Shown one piece after another: positions 10,514 through 23,210 of a stretch of DNA of 64,000 bases. Numbering within the stretch: position 1 is the first letter of the stretch; every line of letters starts with the position of its first letter. The position numbers and the translations under genes were made by a program. Below the pieces are notes generated by a model that had not been told where the DNA came from, searched no databases, and saw nothing but the letters and a program-made list of their open reading frames with translations. Source of the stretch: Harriotta raleighana (lineage: Eukaryota). Location: the NCBI GenBank assembly GCA_050575255.1, contig JBNZDD010013660.1, positions 3,070,594-3,134,593 of the forward strand, given 5' to 3'.

Positions 10514-13315
10514 ATTTCGGAATGCAATCACCTTATTCTGGTTTTTTTTGTCATTGTATATTTTGAACAAGTACGCACATTTATGTATATAAGTACGTTT
10601 TCTCCTTATTTTTGAACTATAAAGGGAGGTAATATAATCAAATAAATAAACTAGACGTATACAGAAGATACTAAAATATATTTTAAAAGAATTTAACTTG
10701 TAAGTAACATGAACCTATATATAAATAAATATATATATAAGAGGGAATACTCTTATGTTTACACTTCACTGTTTAAAGATGACTTGCATGTATATGGCTT
10801 CAGTTTAAAATTGATGTTGAATTAAATTGACTTTTAAGGAAGTGTTTCCACATACTGGGCGAAGCCTTGATGTTATGAAGAGCTTTGTGGCTTTTTTTGC
10901 TATTCAGAGGAAAGCTTTAATTTTACAAGCCCCAGTTTCTTGATGCTGTGTATTGATGTCAGTGAGAGAACAAGAATACAGGTTTAAGGATCTTGGAGCA
11001 TGTTCAAAATGTATCCTCCTTAGCCAATTTTTTAAAAGATCATTTTCATGATAGCCTTGGCAGTAACTTGTGAAGTCGTCTTCTTGCTGCTTCAGTTTAT
11101 GATAAATTTAAGTAATTGTGCAAAATATTGTAAATCATTTTTTTGTTAGCTGCAGTTGCAGCTTTTATATAGCACATCATATGAATGGTATTGCACCAAA
11201 GCAGTAATATTTATAGATTTGGGTTTGTTCTTGTGGATTGATTATTATACAATGTTTTACTCTATAACCACTTTTGATTGGGAACAGATGCTGCAAATTA
11301 ATTGTTTGAAATATTCAGTTTTTTGTGTATTGGATAATTAGCTAACATATGCCCAGTTGCAATATTCAAATACTTATACTAAAGCTTGCAGAATTGCACA
11401 TCCCATGGAGTTGGACTCCCTGGGTTACCCTAGAACTTGCTGACTCAAACACCTTGTTAAATTAAATAGCTTTGCAGGGAGTTGGGGAATTGGCACATTT
11501 CACTACTCGCCTACACAGCTCTTGCTGTGAGCTTGGAGCTTTTAAAGCGCTCAGAAAAGTGCTTTTTAGCCTAAGCTTCTGCTTTACACCAAATGTAAGA
11601 GACTGCCTTTCCAAAATTCTTCATCATCAGTTTTTGTCCTATCCTTTACCAACCTTCCCATCCTCAGCTGTAGCTTGTTTTTTCACCTTTCAAGGCATTA
11701 ATCTTTACATTTGGTATATCGCCTTTCACGTCTGTCGGGAGGACATCTTAAATTGCTTCACATGATTTACTGTGAAGTGCAGCAGCTGTGTGTTTTGCAG
11801 GCGCAGTGTAACAAATTTGCTCACTGCAGTGTCCCACAAAAGCCATGAAGTGAATGACCAATCTTATCTGGGAGATTGTGGCTATGACACTGAGAGAAGC
11901 TCCATTCTCTTGACAAATGTTTTCTTGGCATCTTTAACAGCCCCTGAACAAGCAGATGGGACCTCAGTTAATGTCTCATCAATGCAGTCTACTCCCAGCA
12001 ATACTTTAGAATGTCAGCCTACAAACACTTGTATTTACATAGCAGTACTGACCCATAGCGCTTGACAGTGGCTAAGCATGAGGCAGAACTTGTGAGTTCT
12101 AAGTTGCAATGTGCTGACTTGGGTGAGGTTGATACCAATAGTCTGGTTGATTCCATTACCAATCTCTTGTCTGGAACGCATTACAAATGTAACTGGATTG
12201 CCCCTAAATTAAATAAATCTTGATGTGCAGCCATGAGCATTAGTTAGGGTTAGACCAGGTAAATACCAAATAAAGGAAACAAAAAAATCGAACTTGTATA
12301 ACACCTTTCATATCGGGAGGACGTCCCAAGGTGCTGGACAGTCGAGGGCTTGCATCATTGAATATAATAGAAAGCTGGGGCATTCAGCTTTTAGATATTT
12401 GTATGTAGACTTGCTTTTTAAAAATAGTAAACATTTCTATCCTGACTTGATTTGACCAGTTAATATTTATATTTAAAATCTGTACTGTAAACATAAAACC
12501 TCATAATTGACTTTGAATTTGGTTTTGAAACCAAATTTGAAGTACTTCTACTGATTATGTATGTAGCTACAGATGTATACAGTAATCCCTGGGGCTGATT
12601 TTGTTTTGGTGGGCATTTTGATTCTTGACTGGAAAAATTTGTCTGCTCAGCACTGTTCTGCCACCAGAGGTTATTCTACTTTCCTTGTGCATATTAGCTT
12701 CTAGTGGCAGAAATAAGTTACTGCAACAAAGCTGAAGTCTCTTGTATTTAACCATCTGCTTTGGACTATTAAAGTTCTTTGGAGACCTCTATACATTTGG
12801 TGGAACCTTAAAATCTAGCTTCGTAAGAATGTGTTTAAGAGAGGTATCATGAAATTGTATTTGGCAATTTATTTGTTTGAGAGAAGAGAGAGTCGNATTA
12901 AAGTTCTTTGGAGACCTCTATACATTTGGTGGAACCTTAAAATCTAACTTCGTAAGAATGTGTTTAAGAGAGGCATCATGAAATTGTATTTGGCAATTTA
13001 TTTGTTTGAGAGAAGAGAGAGTCGGTTATGAACATCATTATAATGTTGCAATGAAAGTGACTTAATGATGTTTGAATAATTTTGATTATCAAGGTGGTCA
13101 GCTTTTTAAAAAAAGAAAAACTGATGAGAATTTTGTCTTTTTGGTGAAACATTGTGGAGAAGAAAACTATGTGTAGCAGGTCTTAATCTGATGCTGAGAA
13201 CATTTGCTTGATTGTTTCTGATGGGGGTGTTTGATTTTAAGTGGTTATAGATGTAAGTGACCAATGGTTCTCAAGAAAACAAGAAAAACAATTAAACTGC
13301 AAAGGCACAGACTTC

Positions 13316-13382
13316 AATAAACATTTCATACTATGTTTGTAAAATGACAGTACTGTTCTAATGTATACCATTAAGGAATAAA
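13316..13382 (+). other. Candidate distal poly(A) signals of the NR1D2 3' UTR
   Basis: AATAAA at 13316-13321 and 13377-13382 followed by T-rich sequence; more proximal AATAAA also exist (e.g. 10641). Confidence 0.35.
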
Positions 13383-13899
13383 CATTGCCAATACCCATTT
13401 ATCTTTTGTCAACTTTTTATTACTGATATATATAGTATTGGCACAATTGCTACAGATTTATTTTCTCTTGTCTTTTTTCCTGTGAAGATGGTAATTCAGA
13501 CTGGAGCTTGGTTCTTGGGAGCTGGCAATCCTTTTGGTACTTTGCCCATATTACCATATGTGATATATCTGCCTTTACCATGAGTGTTAGAAGGGTGAAG
13601 AGGGAAATTACATAGAAGCCTAATTTTGTCCACAGATGTTTACTGTCCATATCCATGGATAATGCCAACTGTTGCTCTTCCATGCCTCCTCCACCCCCGC
13701 CCCACTTCTCCTCCCACCATGCTTGAATCATATTTCAAAGTGTTACGTTTGGAAACTTGCCTGGACTTGGTCTGAACTAGTATCTTTAAATAGTTTGCTT
13801 CAAGGCAAATAATGAGTCATTTCAAAGAGGAGATTGGTATTGAATAATGCATAGTTACTATTAGCAAATTGGCAGATGAATGGGGAAGAAATTCCACTC

Positions 13900-14195
13900 A
13901 CTAGCTCCTCTCAACTGTGTCCAGCCTTCTTGTCTGCCAAATCCTCTGCTCCAGATTGGCAGCAGTGCTTTCAGATACTATGCCCGAAACTTTGGAACTC
14001 CCTCCCTCGACCCCTTCACCTCACACCCCCCTTTCTCATCTTCGGAATGAATGCCTGAAGACCTTTCTCTTTGCCCATACTTACGATCACCTTCTTCTCC
14101 CACACACCCCGTCCCGCCCAGCTTGACCTCGGGCATTCAAAGCATTGTGACGTGCTTAGCATACAGGGCGTTATATAAATGCAAGTTATTGTTGA
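13900..14195 (+). mobile_element. L2 LINE 3' end
   Basis: Contains ...CTTTGGAACTCCCTCCC... and tail GCGTTATATAAATGCAAGTTATTGTTG. Confidence 0.75.
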
Positions 14196-14982
14196 ATGAT
14201 GAATGACCTTTAATGTTGAGGAAAATTAAGTAACAGCATGTTTGAGTAAGAGATGAGTAAGATGTTAAATACAGGTACTGCATTAGAAAGAAAGAGATCT
14301 GGGCGTATTTGAGCCTTCCTTGACAATATCATCACACCATATGGCAACAATTATCTATGGCAAAACAACTTGATGCATAGTCCCAACTGCTGCATAAAAT
14401 AAAGCTCTAAGGCACAGTGGGAATAGTTCTCAAAACCCTACACTGTATTTAGGGACAAAATGCTGAGGTATTGAAAAGAGTTCAAATAAGGATGCTCTTG
14501 AATTCTCTACCTCATTTAAGGGGGAAGAAATTCCACATGGGTTTAGATGTACTCTACGTANGCACAGTGGGAATAGTTCTCAAAACCCTACACTGTATTT
14601 AGGGACAAAATGCTGAGGTATTGAAAAGAGTTCAAATAAGGATGCTCTTGAATTCTCTACCTCATTTAAGGGGGAAGAAATTCCACGTGGGTTTAGATGT
14701 ACTCTACGTAACATTGTTGAATTGAATCTTAATTTTGAAGCCTGTTTTTAATAGAATGTCTAGAAAACTGGCTTAAAACTAAAATTGTGTTTGCAAATTT
14801 GCCAAACCACTTTTTCTAAAATGGTAGAGTGAATCTAGATCCAGTTGAATTCCTCCTCACATATCTGGCATAAGAAAAAAAACTAAAGTGACAAGGATCT
14901 GGGTTTCAAATTATGAAAGGAATCTATAGGATCCATTTTTTGTTGACTCAGTGATGAGAACATAATACCATTATAGAAACTA

Positions 14983-15786
14983 CAGGTATCCCCTGATTTA
15001 CGACAGGGTTGCGCTCCTGAAAAACGTCACGCAAATCCAAATGTTGTAAATTGGACACGTTTTCCCATGCGGTAACATTATATAACCCAAGATGTGTCCT
15101 TTTGACAAAATTTTCGGTCCTTAAACCCAATAAAATAACATATAAAATAACACACATAGGCAAGATTTAGTATCTAAAGTAATGATTTTGCGGGATCTCT
15201 TATCTCTAGCAGTATTACTGCTACTCATTTCACTTTACTGGTCTCTTTTCTGACATTGTAGAAATGCGGTTGAGGCTGTAAATCGCTCAAAATTGTGTGG
15301 TATCGCTTCAAAAGAAGCTGGCTTTTAAACTGCTTTTTTTTAAAAAGCTTTTAACACTAATTAAAAAAAAGCTTTTAACGCTAATAAAATAAAAGTTTTT
15401 AACGCTAATAAAAAAGGCTTTTTATGCTTAAAAAAACAGCGACACCACTGACCAATTTGTATAAAGAGTGTACCTGCAAAACAGACGGAGCTAACGTTTT
15501 GGCTGAGCGGAGCGTCAAATCTAGTGGTGGGAGGCTAATTTGGGTCGCAGCAAAATGGTTGTGAACCACTGACAAATCGACATACTATTGGCCAGTTCAA
15601 ACGCTTGGATACAGTATACGACTGTGATTTTACTGCAAAATACACTACATACTGGGCAAAAAAGATGCTCCCAATTTTTTGTCGTTAAAACAAACCAAAA
15701 TATTGTAAATTGATTAAAAAGGTGTTAATTACATTTGTTTAATTGAAAATGTGTAAATGAAGACGTCAGGAATCGGGGGATACCTG
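14983..15786. mobile_element. Tigger/pogo-like non-autonomous DNA transposon (MITE)
   Basis: TIRs CAGGTATCCCCTGATT / AATCGGGGGATACCTG (15 of 16 match) flanked by TA on both sides. Confidence 0.88.
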
Positions 15787-16892
15787 TATAAGCTAAAACT
15801 AATCATTGACAGATTCAAAGGCAACATTTCATGTTGAGCTATGTTGCACACAAGGAACCACTCAGGGAGTTCTTGACACCTGCTATTATTATTACCATTA
15901 CCGTATTATCATTCACCTATTGAGAGCTCATATCCATGCTTGTTAGATATCAAACTTAACTGGCTCTGAGCTCCTTTCACATCGGGAGGACGTCCAAAGT
16001 GCTGAACAGTCAGGCGTCGGGACCCAAGCATGGCGGAGGGGAGGAAGGATTATTATTAACTTTGCAAGCTAAAGCTCTAATAGATACGGTGGTCTAAACA
16101 GGTCAAGCAGTGGGAAAGTTTGCTAAGCAGTAATGGCATGCTATGAAGTTTTATCTAGTCAGACTCCAGGAGTACTCCAACATATACACGGGTTTGCCAA
16201 TCTGTGCCTAATACTTATCCAGGTTAGATAAGGTGGATACGCCCTTCCAGGGAGTAAGTGTGCATTCTGTTCCAACGTTCTCTGGGAATTCCTTGTATAG
16301 ATGGAATGCATAAAATTCCTTTTGGTTTGGATACTCTTAAGCATAGTGATGAGTTTCCACATAAATCAGACACCCAGCTGACCAAAAACAAACAAGCTGA
16401 TATACCACAATGATGCAGACTCGGTTGAATCATTTAAAACTATAACATAGTTAAAACCACCAGGATTGGCAAATATGTACTTGAAAAACAACAACATTTA
16501 AGTAATAATGTGCCTGATAGTCATAAATGCTGTATTAATTCATAAAATCAAAACCGGTACTGAGACTGTGTGTTTGTATATTTTTTTAAATGCACGTTGG
16601 AGAAATATCCTATCTTTGATCAAGTAATTGAGAAGTCTCAAAGTGCTTCACAGAATATACGGTAAAGTGAATAGACTGTATTTTGTAGGCAAAATGTGGC
16701 AGCCAATTGCACACAGCAGTGTCCCACAAGCAGTTGTGGATTGAGTGACCAAATTATAATTTTTTATTTTTTTGATTGGGCGTGATTATTGCCCCCGGAA
16801 AGCGATCTTCCAACTGACAAACAACCGGGTAGAGTAAGGAAACTGGGCTAAGACAGTATATTAGTATTGCAGTGTAAATTGACAGCATAATT

Positions 16893-17440
16893 CAGTGGTT
16901 TCCAAACTTTAAATAGCGCACCCTCCTAACTCAGCAAAGTTTTCGTTGCGCACCCTCTCCTTCACATTGAATAATTTTCACAAATGATAACAGCAAATCC
17001 AATATTTTCTTTACCTGTTTTTAATGTTTTTTTTAAGTATTAACAAAAAACATTAAATTGTTCAATTTTAATTAAATAAAAAAATTATTAAAACTGTGAA
17101 ACCAATTACAGTATTTATATTTACAATTCCAAGCGATAGGCATTTCCTCTCGTATTTTTTTCATTCAGTTTTTTACATGCCATTTCTCTATTTAAACTGG
17201 CCTCACTATCTTTACTTGAACTTGCTTCACTATCTCTATCTTTCCGCTTGAAACCAGTTAAGAACTCCTCTATCTCCTCAAGGATTCCATTGGTGAACCC
17301 GGCTTAATGTCGTAGTTTGGTTTTTGAAAGTGCGACTTTAAGTGACATGACATTAGGCGAATACATTTTTCCCATAAGAATGAATGTAAAAACTGGAGTT
17401 AGGTTCTTTTGGACATTTTTCGTCATACTTTTCTTAAAAA
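16893..17440. mobile_element. Degraded DNA-transposon remnants (hAT-like end followed by Tigger-like sequence)
   Basis: Begins CAGTGGTTTCCAAAC (hAT/Charlie-type TIR); later TTTCCCATAAGAATGAATGTAAA motif; matching end not found. Confidence 0.45.
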
Positions 17441-19477
17441 AACATAATACTTGCTCCCTGGCTGCCTGCCCGACTCATTCACTCGCTCCCTGAGTGCCTG
17501 CCGGCTCACTCACTCGCTCCCTGACTTCTGGCCTGACTGGTCTCACTCGCCGTCGGCCTGCCTCGCTCTCTCGCTGCCAGCCTGGGTCACTTCCAGGTCC
17601 CTGTGCCGTCATACCCCCTTTCCACCCGCTGGCAAATTACGTATTAGTGAACATAGCAACGTTAAGCAGGATTTACAAGTAATAAGAACAATAAAGGCTG
17701 CACCTCCCCACCAGCCAACAGTATTCCCTCCTGGTACCCAACACAGCTCAGCATGAAATGCGAAGGTGCATTTTTACCACATTCCTCCCTACAGTATGGA
17801 CACACGTTGAGCGATGGTTTCACCTGTTGGAGGTGCAGAGCTTAAGCAGCATCTTCTTACCTCTCTGCAAACTAATCCACATGGAAACTGCTCCCTGGAC
17901 ATATCAATGTGTGTTCACAAACTTGTACTACAAATAAGGCCTTCCAGCAGTTGTTGCCCCAAGCCTCAGCGTTTCCCCACCAGCTACCTGATAGACATTC
18001 GCCTCAGTGTGGTGGACGACCTTTACAAGACACCCTGTTGTTCTCGAGGTCCAAATCCAATATCATGTACCGCGATTACTCAGTACCAGCTGTGAGAGAC
18101 TTTTGAGAAATAAACATTTCCACTGTGAAGCCAGTGATTGATCCATTTTATTTGGGAGATTATTGGCTCTTTTCAAATAGTTCCCCAATGATCTTTAAAG
18201 CTGACCCGAACAGGGAGATGGGGATCTCTAGAGATAGGTTTAATGTGTAATCTGAAACACAGCATCTCCAATGATGCAGACCAGAATTGCATTGAGTTTC
18301 AGCATAGACTATGTATGATTGAAATCCCCCCATGAAGCTTGAGCCCACAACCTTCTGACACACAAGTAGGAGTGCTCCCAACCGAGCCAGGTCAACACCT
18401 CATACACAAGAGATATATGTGTTGAAATCAAACTACAGGAAAAGAAAATAAACAGATGGTTTTGGACCAGACACTGCAATGGACTGGGATTAATTATTTT
18501 AGTAACTCATACATCTGTGCACAAGTTGGCTGCTGCATTTCACTGAAAATCTATATAGTCAATTTACTTTGCAATACAGTATATTCTGCGAAGTGCTTGA
18601 AGACATCTCGAAGATGTGATAAGGAGCTATATCAAATGCAAGGATTATTATTATAACACTTTCACCCAGCATTCTACAGATGTAGTCAATGTAAAACCAC
18701 TGTGAAAGTGAAAGACAAGATGACATGATTGGTTAAAACGAAGAAGATCGCATGAAGGTTCTTATCCTTCCGGAATAATCATCATACCATTTTCGAACAC
18801 AGTCCAGTGTCCTGGTCGTAACCACTTTTCCTGGTCACTTGGTCTAGGCTTTGATTACCCTCTGAGTAAATAGGAACTTCCTGGATCTTTGTCCTGAAAT
18901 CGCCCTTTACAATCGTAAACCCACGTCCATTTCAAATAACATAGAGCAACAATTTATCGATAAATGGCACTGATAATATATGATTTGCTAATATTTGATA
19001 GCATTGCCTATCTGGATGGGAAACAAGTTTGACAGAAGATGGCACTATTGTGCAACTAGGAAGTGAGAATTTTTCTTGAACCGTCCTATATTTACCCTTT
19101 AGGAGGTTGAATTAATTTGCAAGAACATTCTGATATTCTGTTTTTTAAACAAAAAATCCATAAATTTCATGAACTGACCTCTACAAGAGGAAAAAAAGAA
19201 AACAAAAACTGATCTGCTTTAGCTTCTAAAGAATATAACAGCAGGAGGTGAGGCTGGGCTTCAATACTGTTTGTCTAATGTCAACTAGATTCACGATGGG
19301 AGAGAAATTCCACCTAGGACTAAGATTTACTCTATTTTGTTTGCATTTCAAAATATCCATAACTTGGCAAATTGTTGATTTCAGTTTTAACTTTGAAAAG
19401 AATGTACAGGACACAAAGGCTTAAAAAAACCTCACAGAAAACTCGCTTGAAAATTTATATTAAATAAAATTGGCTAA

Positions 19478-19725
19478 TAATAATCCTGGCATTTGATATA
19501 ACACTTTTCTCCTCTTCTAGACATCTTAAAGCGCTTCACAGAATATACTGTACAGTGAATTGACTGTATATATTTGAGTGAAACGCGGCAACCAATTGCA
19601 ATGACCATTTTTTTTCAAACAATTATTATCAGTCATATGGAATAAGGAAACTTGGCCAAAGTTTCACCCTGGGCAAGTTACCTTACTCCACTTGCCTGAT
19701 AATAATCCCTCAAAAAAAAGCAATA
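19478..19725 (-). mobile_element. Deu-type SINE with L2-like tail (representative of more than 20 partial copies in the window)
   Basis: AATAATCCTGGCATTTGATATA...AAAGCGCTTCACAGAATATACTGTA...CCAATTGC motif recurring throughout the window. Confidence 0.8.
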
Positions 19726-20574
19726 ATAAATTGGGAATGTCAATTCCCGAGGCGAGTACAGTTCAGAAGCAAGTTACATTATAAAACAGCCAATTTTCCC
19801 ACTCTGGATCTCTCAAGATTTTACAGATTTTTGAATCCGATTTCACTTTTGCAGATGATTTCCTAGCTTGATGATGAAAAGCTGTAGAGACGGAGCAAGT
19901 GAGCCCAGCAATATTCCACACCTGAAGGTGTCACAATGACTTTTGAGATGTAGGGCATGTAGGAACTGCCACAATAATGTGTTTGCAATTTAATACCGGA
20001 TGTAGATTTAGACCAAAATCTATTAGTATCATATGCAGAGCTAGGTGTGATTCTCAGTTTGTGCTTAGTTCCCTGAAAGCAGCAAGGAACTGGGTCTCAG
20101 AATCTAAGGAGTAGGAAGAGACCGCCTCTGTTTAGAGCCTAGGATCTAATTTTAGATAAGGATTCAGAGTAACATATCAGGAGCTTCCCAGTGAGAGGGT
20201 TGGGGGGGTGCGGGGAGGGGGGGCAGCTCACCACTGACTCATGAGTGAGGGGGTGTCCATCACAATGAGAAACGAGTGAGCTCATCACTCACCTTGTGAG
20301 AGTGTGTGAGATTCTGAGTCCACAAGTACTCCAGCACACCTCCTTGTAGTAGACCCACAGTGCCATTCACACTTTGATCTACTGCAAAGGTATGAGGTGA
20401 TAAAAATAGAATGATAGGGTCCCATTATAGTGCATTCGGTAAAAAGGAACTGTTTTGTTTTATTCATTGTTTGAAGTTATGAATCATTATCCACCTTTGG
20501 AAATATATATTTGAGATCAGATTTGGTGTCACACCAGTTCTAGCCATTACATCAGTTCTAGCCAGGTTCCACTG

Positions 20575-20988
20575 ACTCCCTATCACTATATGGATTGATT
20601 TTAAGGTACTCACACTTGTTTTGAAATCCCTTCATGTCCTGTCAACTCCCCACCTCTCCCATCTGCTTACTCCGCAAAGCTCACCCAGCTGCTTCTCTCG
20701 ACTGGCTCCGGCCTCCAGCATTTCCCTGGTGCCCTCGTTCCACCATTGGAACGCCCCTACTTTTGGCCACTTCAGCCCGAACCTCTGGAATACTCTTCCT
20801 CTATCTCTCTGCTTTGCCTCATCTTTCCCTATCTTCAAGTTGCGCCTGGAGACCTTGCTTTTCAACCGTGCCTACTGTCACCTCGCCCTCCCCCTCCCTC
20901 CTCTGTCTCAATGTCATGTTCCGCCAGTGTCAAGCACTCTGGTGCACTACACTGCATGAGGGGCGCTATATAAATGCAAGTTGCTGTT
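20575..20988 (+). mobile_element. L2 LINE 3' fragment
   Basis: Contains PNLWNTLP motif and tail GGCGCTATATAAATGCAAGTTGCTG. Confidence 0.82.
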
Positions 20989-21410
20989 CTTATACTGATA
21001 AAAGGAAACATTTATTTTGAAAGAGTTTCAGTTTCTGTTCTTTGCCTTTTTTATAATTCCTCTGGTCATTTGTTGATCAAACTTTGCTTGACTTTACTCT
21101 CTAAACCTCCTCTGGTGCTCAGTCATGAGAAGGTGTGTAAGGATGCCAGGACAAATCAGTCACTAAGGATATGTTTATGTACAGGTTGGTCTCTAGCACA
21201 GAGGTTATTGTCCATCTCTTGTTCAGACTCTTCAATGATGATGTGACCAACTGCAAGAATCAGTCAGGTGGGAGGCTGTGAGTGTTAACTAAGATCCAAG
21301 CACTTCCCCCGCCATCCACCCCCAAGTTAAATTGAAGTTGTTCTTTTCAACCAAACAACCACATCTTGTTTGACACAAAGTGCGCACTATGCATTTGAAG
21401 TCCACAAATA

Positions 21411-21456
21411 TTTATTTTCCAGAGTGTGTACGTTCTTTGTCAAGATTTGTTTTATT
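21411..21456 (-). other. Candidate distal poly(A) signals of a long THRB 3' UTR
   Basis: AATAAA on the - strand at 21451-21456 and 21411-21416, ending a repeat-poor AT-rich stretch about 8 kb beyond the THRB stop; inference only. Confidence 0.3.
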
Positions 21457-23019
21457 ACATAAAATATCTATAACTAAAATACAGCATCAACAATTACATA
21501 AAATATTGTTCTGCAACATTTCTATAACATAGTTCATATTCATTACACAATGCGTACAATGTGATTGTCAACAGCTCTTAGAGACCACAGAAACTATCTG
21601 ACATTGTTTTAGAGCAAGTAACTGTATTGGATGCTCTGTTTTCACAGTGTGCAATATAAATCTGCAATAATTAATAAAGAGCATATCAGTTTTTTTTAGC
21701 ATAGCAATTCTGGTTATTTACACCATCATTATTTTTGGATTCTGCATAATATCGATTATTTGATAAGCTACCAGGAAAAAAATACATTTAGTCTGCATTT
21801 ACATAAAGAATGTTTACTAGCCATCAGCATTGGTGTGCAGTAACACAAGTGTTTAAAAGCAGTACAAAAAGGTTGCAACATATATACAATGGACTTGTTT
21901 AAACCACAAGCAGAAAATCGAGGGGTTTAGAGAGGAAAAAGGAAACGCCCTTGTAGGGATTCTAACTTTTTTTCTGAATATCAGCAAATATTAGTAACTC
22001 GTTTCACTGTTCTCCTCTTGTGATAAGAAATGACTGAACAATTATGGAGAAACCAAATGAGTGAATTCAAATGGAGGGCAGCATTGTAACATGTTTTCTC
22101 ACAGATGAAATAAAAAATAATTTCTCACCTAATACATCTATATGTGCAAACATTGCGCAAAACACATCTAACTCTTAAGCAAGGGAACAAAATAATTCTG
22201 GAGAGATCACTTTGTTGGGCTATAGTAATATATATTTGTTTGCGCACGCACAGCGTGGCGATCAGTGAAGCTCAATATCAGTGTTGGGTTTAAGTGGAAC
22301 ATCTAGTCAGGACACCCCAGTTCAAAGCTCATGTGCACTTAATACATGAATGTCTCAGTGAGTGAACAATGCTTTATAGCAAGTTATTCATAAGGGAAAG
22401 AAAGTTAAAGTCTTAATGTATCGATGGATTTGGAAAAATGTTGCACCATATAATTATTAAATAAAAGAGTTTAATAATACTTTTTTTTAATTATGGCTCA
22501 AATTATTTGCACCTGAATTATTTAAATTTCAAAACAAAACAAACCTTGTACATTCAGACAGGCAACGTCAAGTAGATTTTCTAAACAGGATTGTGTTCAG
22601 TTCCAGTCCCTTTATGCGGTATTAAGATTTTAATTGGAAATTGAACCTAGCACGATTCCAATGGACTGACAAGACAGTGTAGAGTAATAAGAAAGAAAGC
22701 TGCTTCAAGACAGACAGCTTCAACACACCAAAAAAAAAGAAGCAATTTCGGTAAATCTGGATATCAGCTGTTTGCTACATATCTTTACAGGCAATATTAG
22801 TCTTACATATGAATTCAGATTTATTCAAGATTGGGCATTCATACTCCTATTAAATATGCTATATATGTATACATATTTATTACAAAATTGCATATTGTTT
22901 TTAAATTGTGCTTTGAAATTGAGATCATGGTATGATGGTCAATGTTAAAACTATCACATTTTCAATTCAAAAGTTATCGTATATTTTAAAAGGAAATGTT
23001 GTCCTCTAGTTTTTCTAGT

Positions 23020-23210
23020 TTGTGGGACACTACTGTGCGCAATTTGGCTGTTGCGTTTTTGCCCACAAATATACAGTCAATTTTTCCTACTTTCCTTCCC
23101 CCGACTTCTCACTCCCCCCTGCTCTGATCCCTACTTGACTGTACAGCGCCTTGGGACGTCCTCCCGACGTGAAAGGCACTATATAAATGTAATTATTGAT
23201 TGATTGATTC
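23020..23210 (+). mobile_element. SINE with Deu core and alternative L2-type tail ending in (ATTG)n
   Basis: GGGACACTACTGTGCGCAATTTGGCTG core joined to CTTGACTGTACAGCGCCTTGGGACGTCCTCCCGACGTGAAAGGC tail; second copy at about 63085-63245. Confidence 0.75.

Noticed and set aside
12767-13025. Near-perfect direct duplications flanking single N bases (12896, 14561, 39786, 41616, 54517, 55955, 59696, 63570)
   Set aside because: Each junction is an N and the copies differ by a few bases: typical unmerged contig overlaps or haplotypes, not biological tandem repeats.
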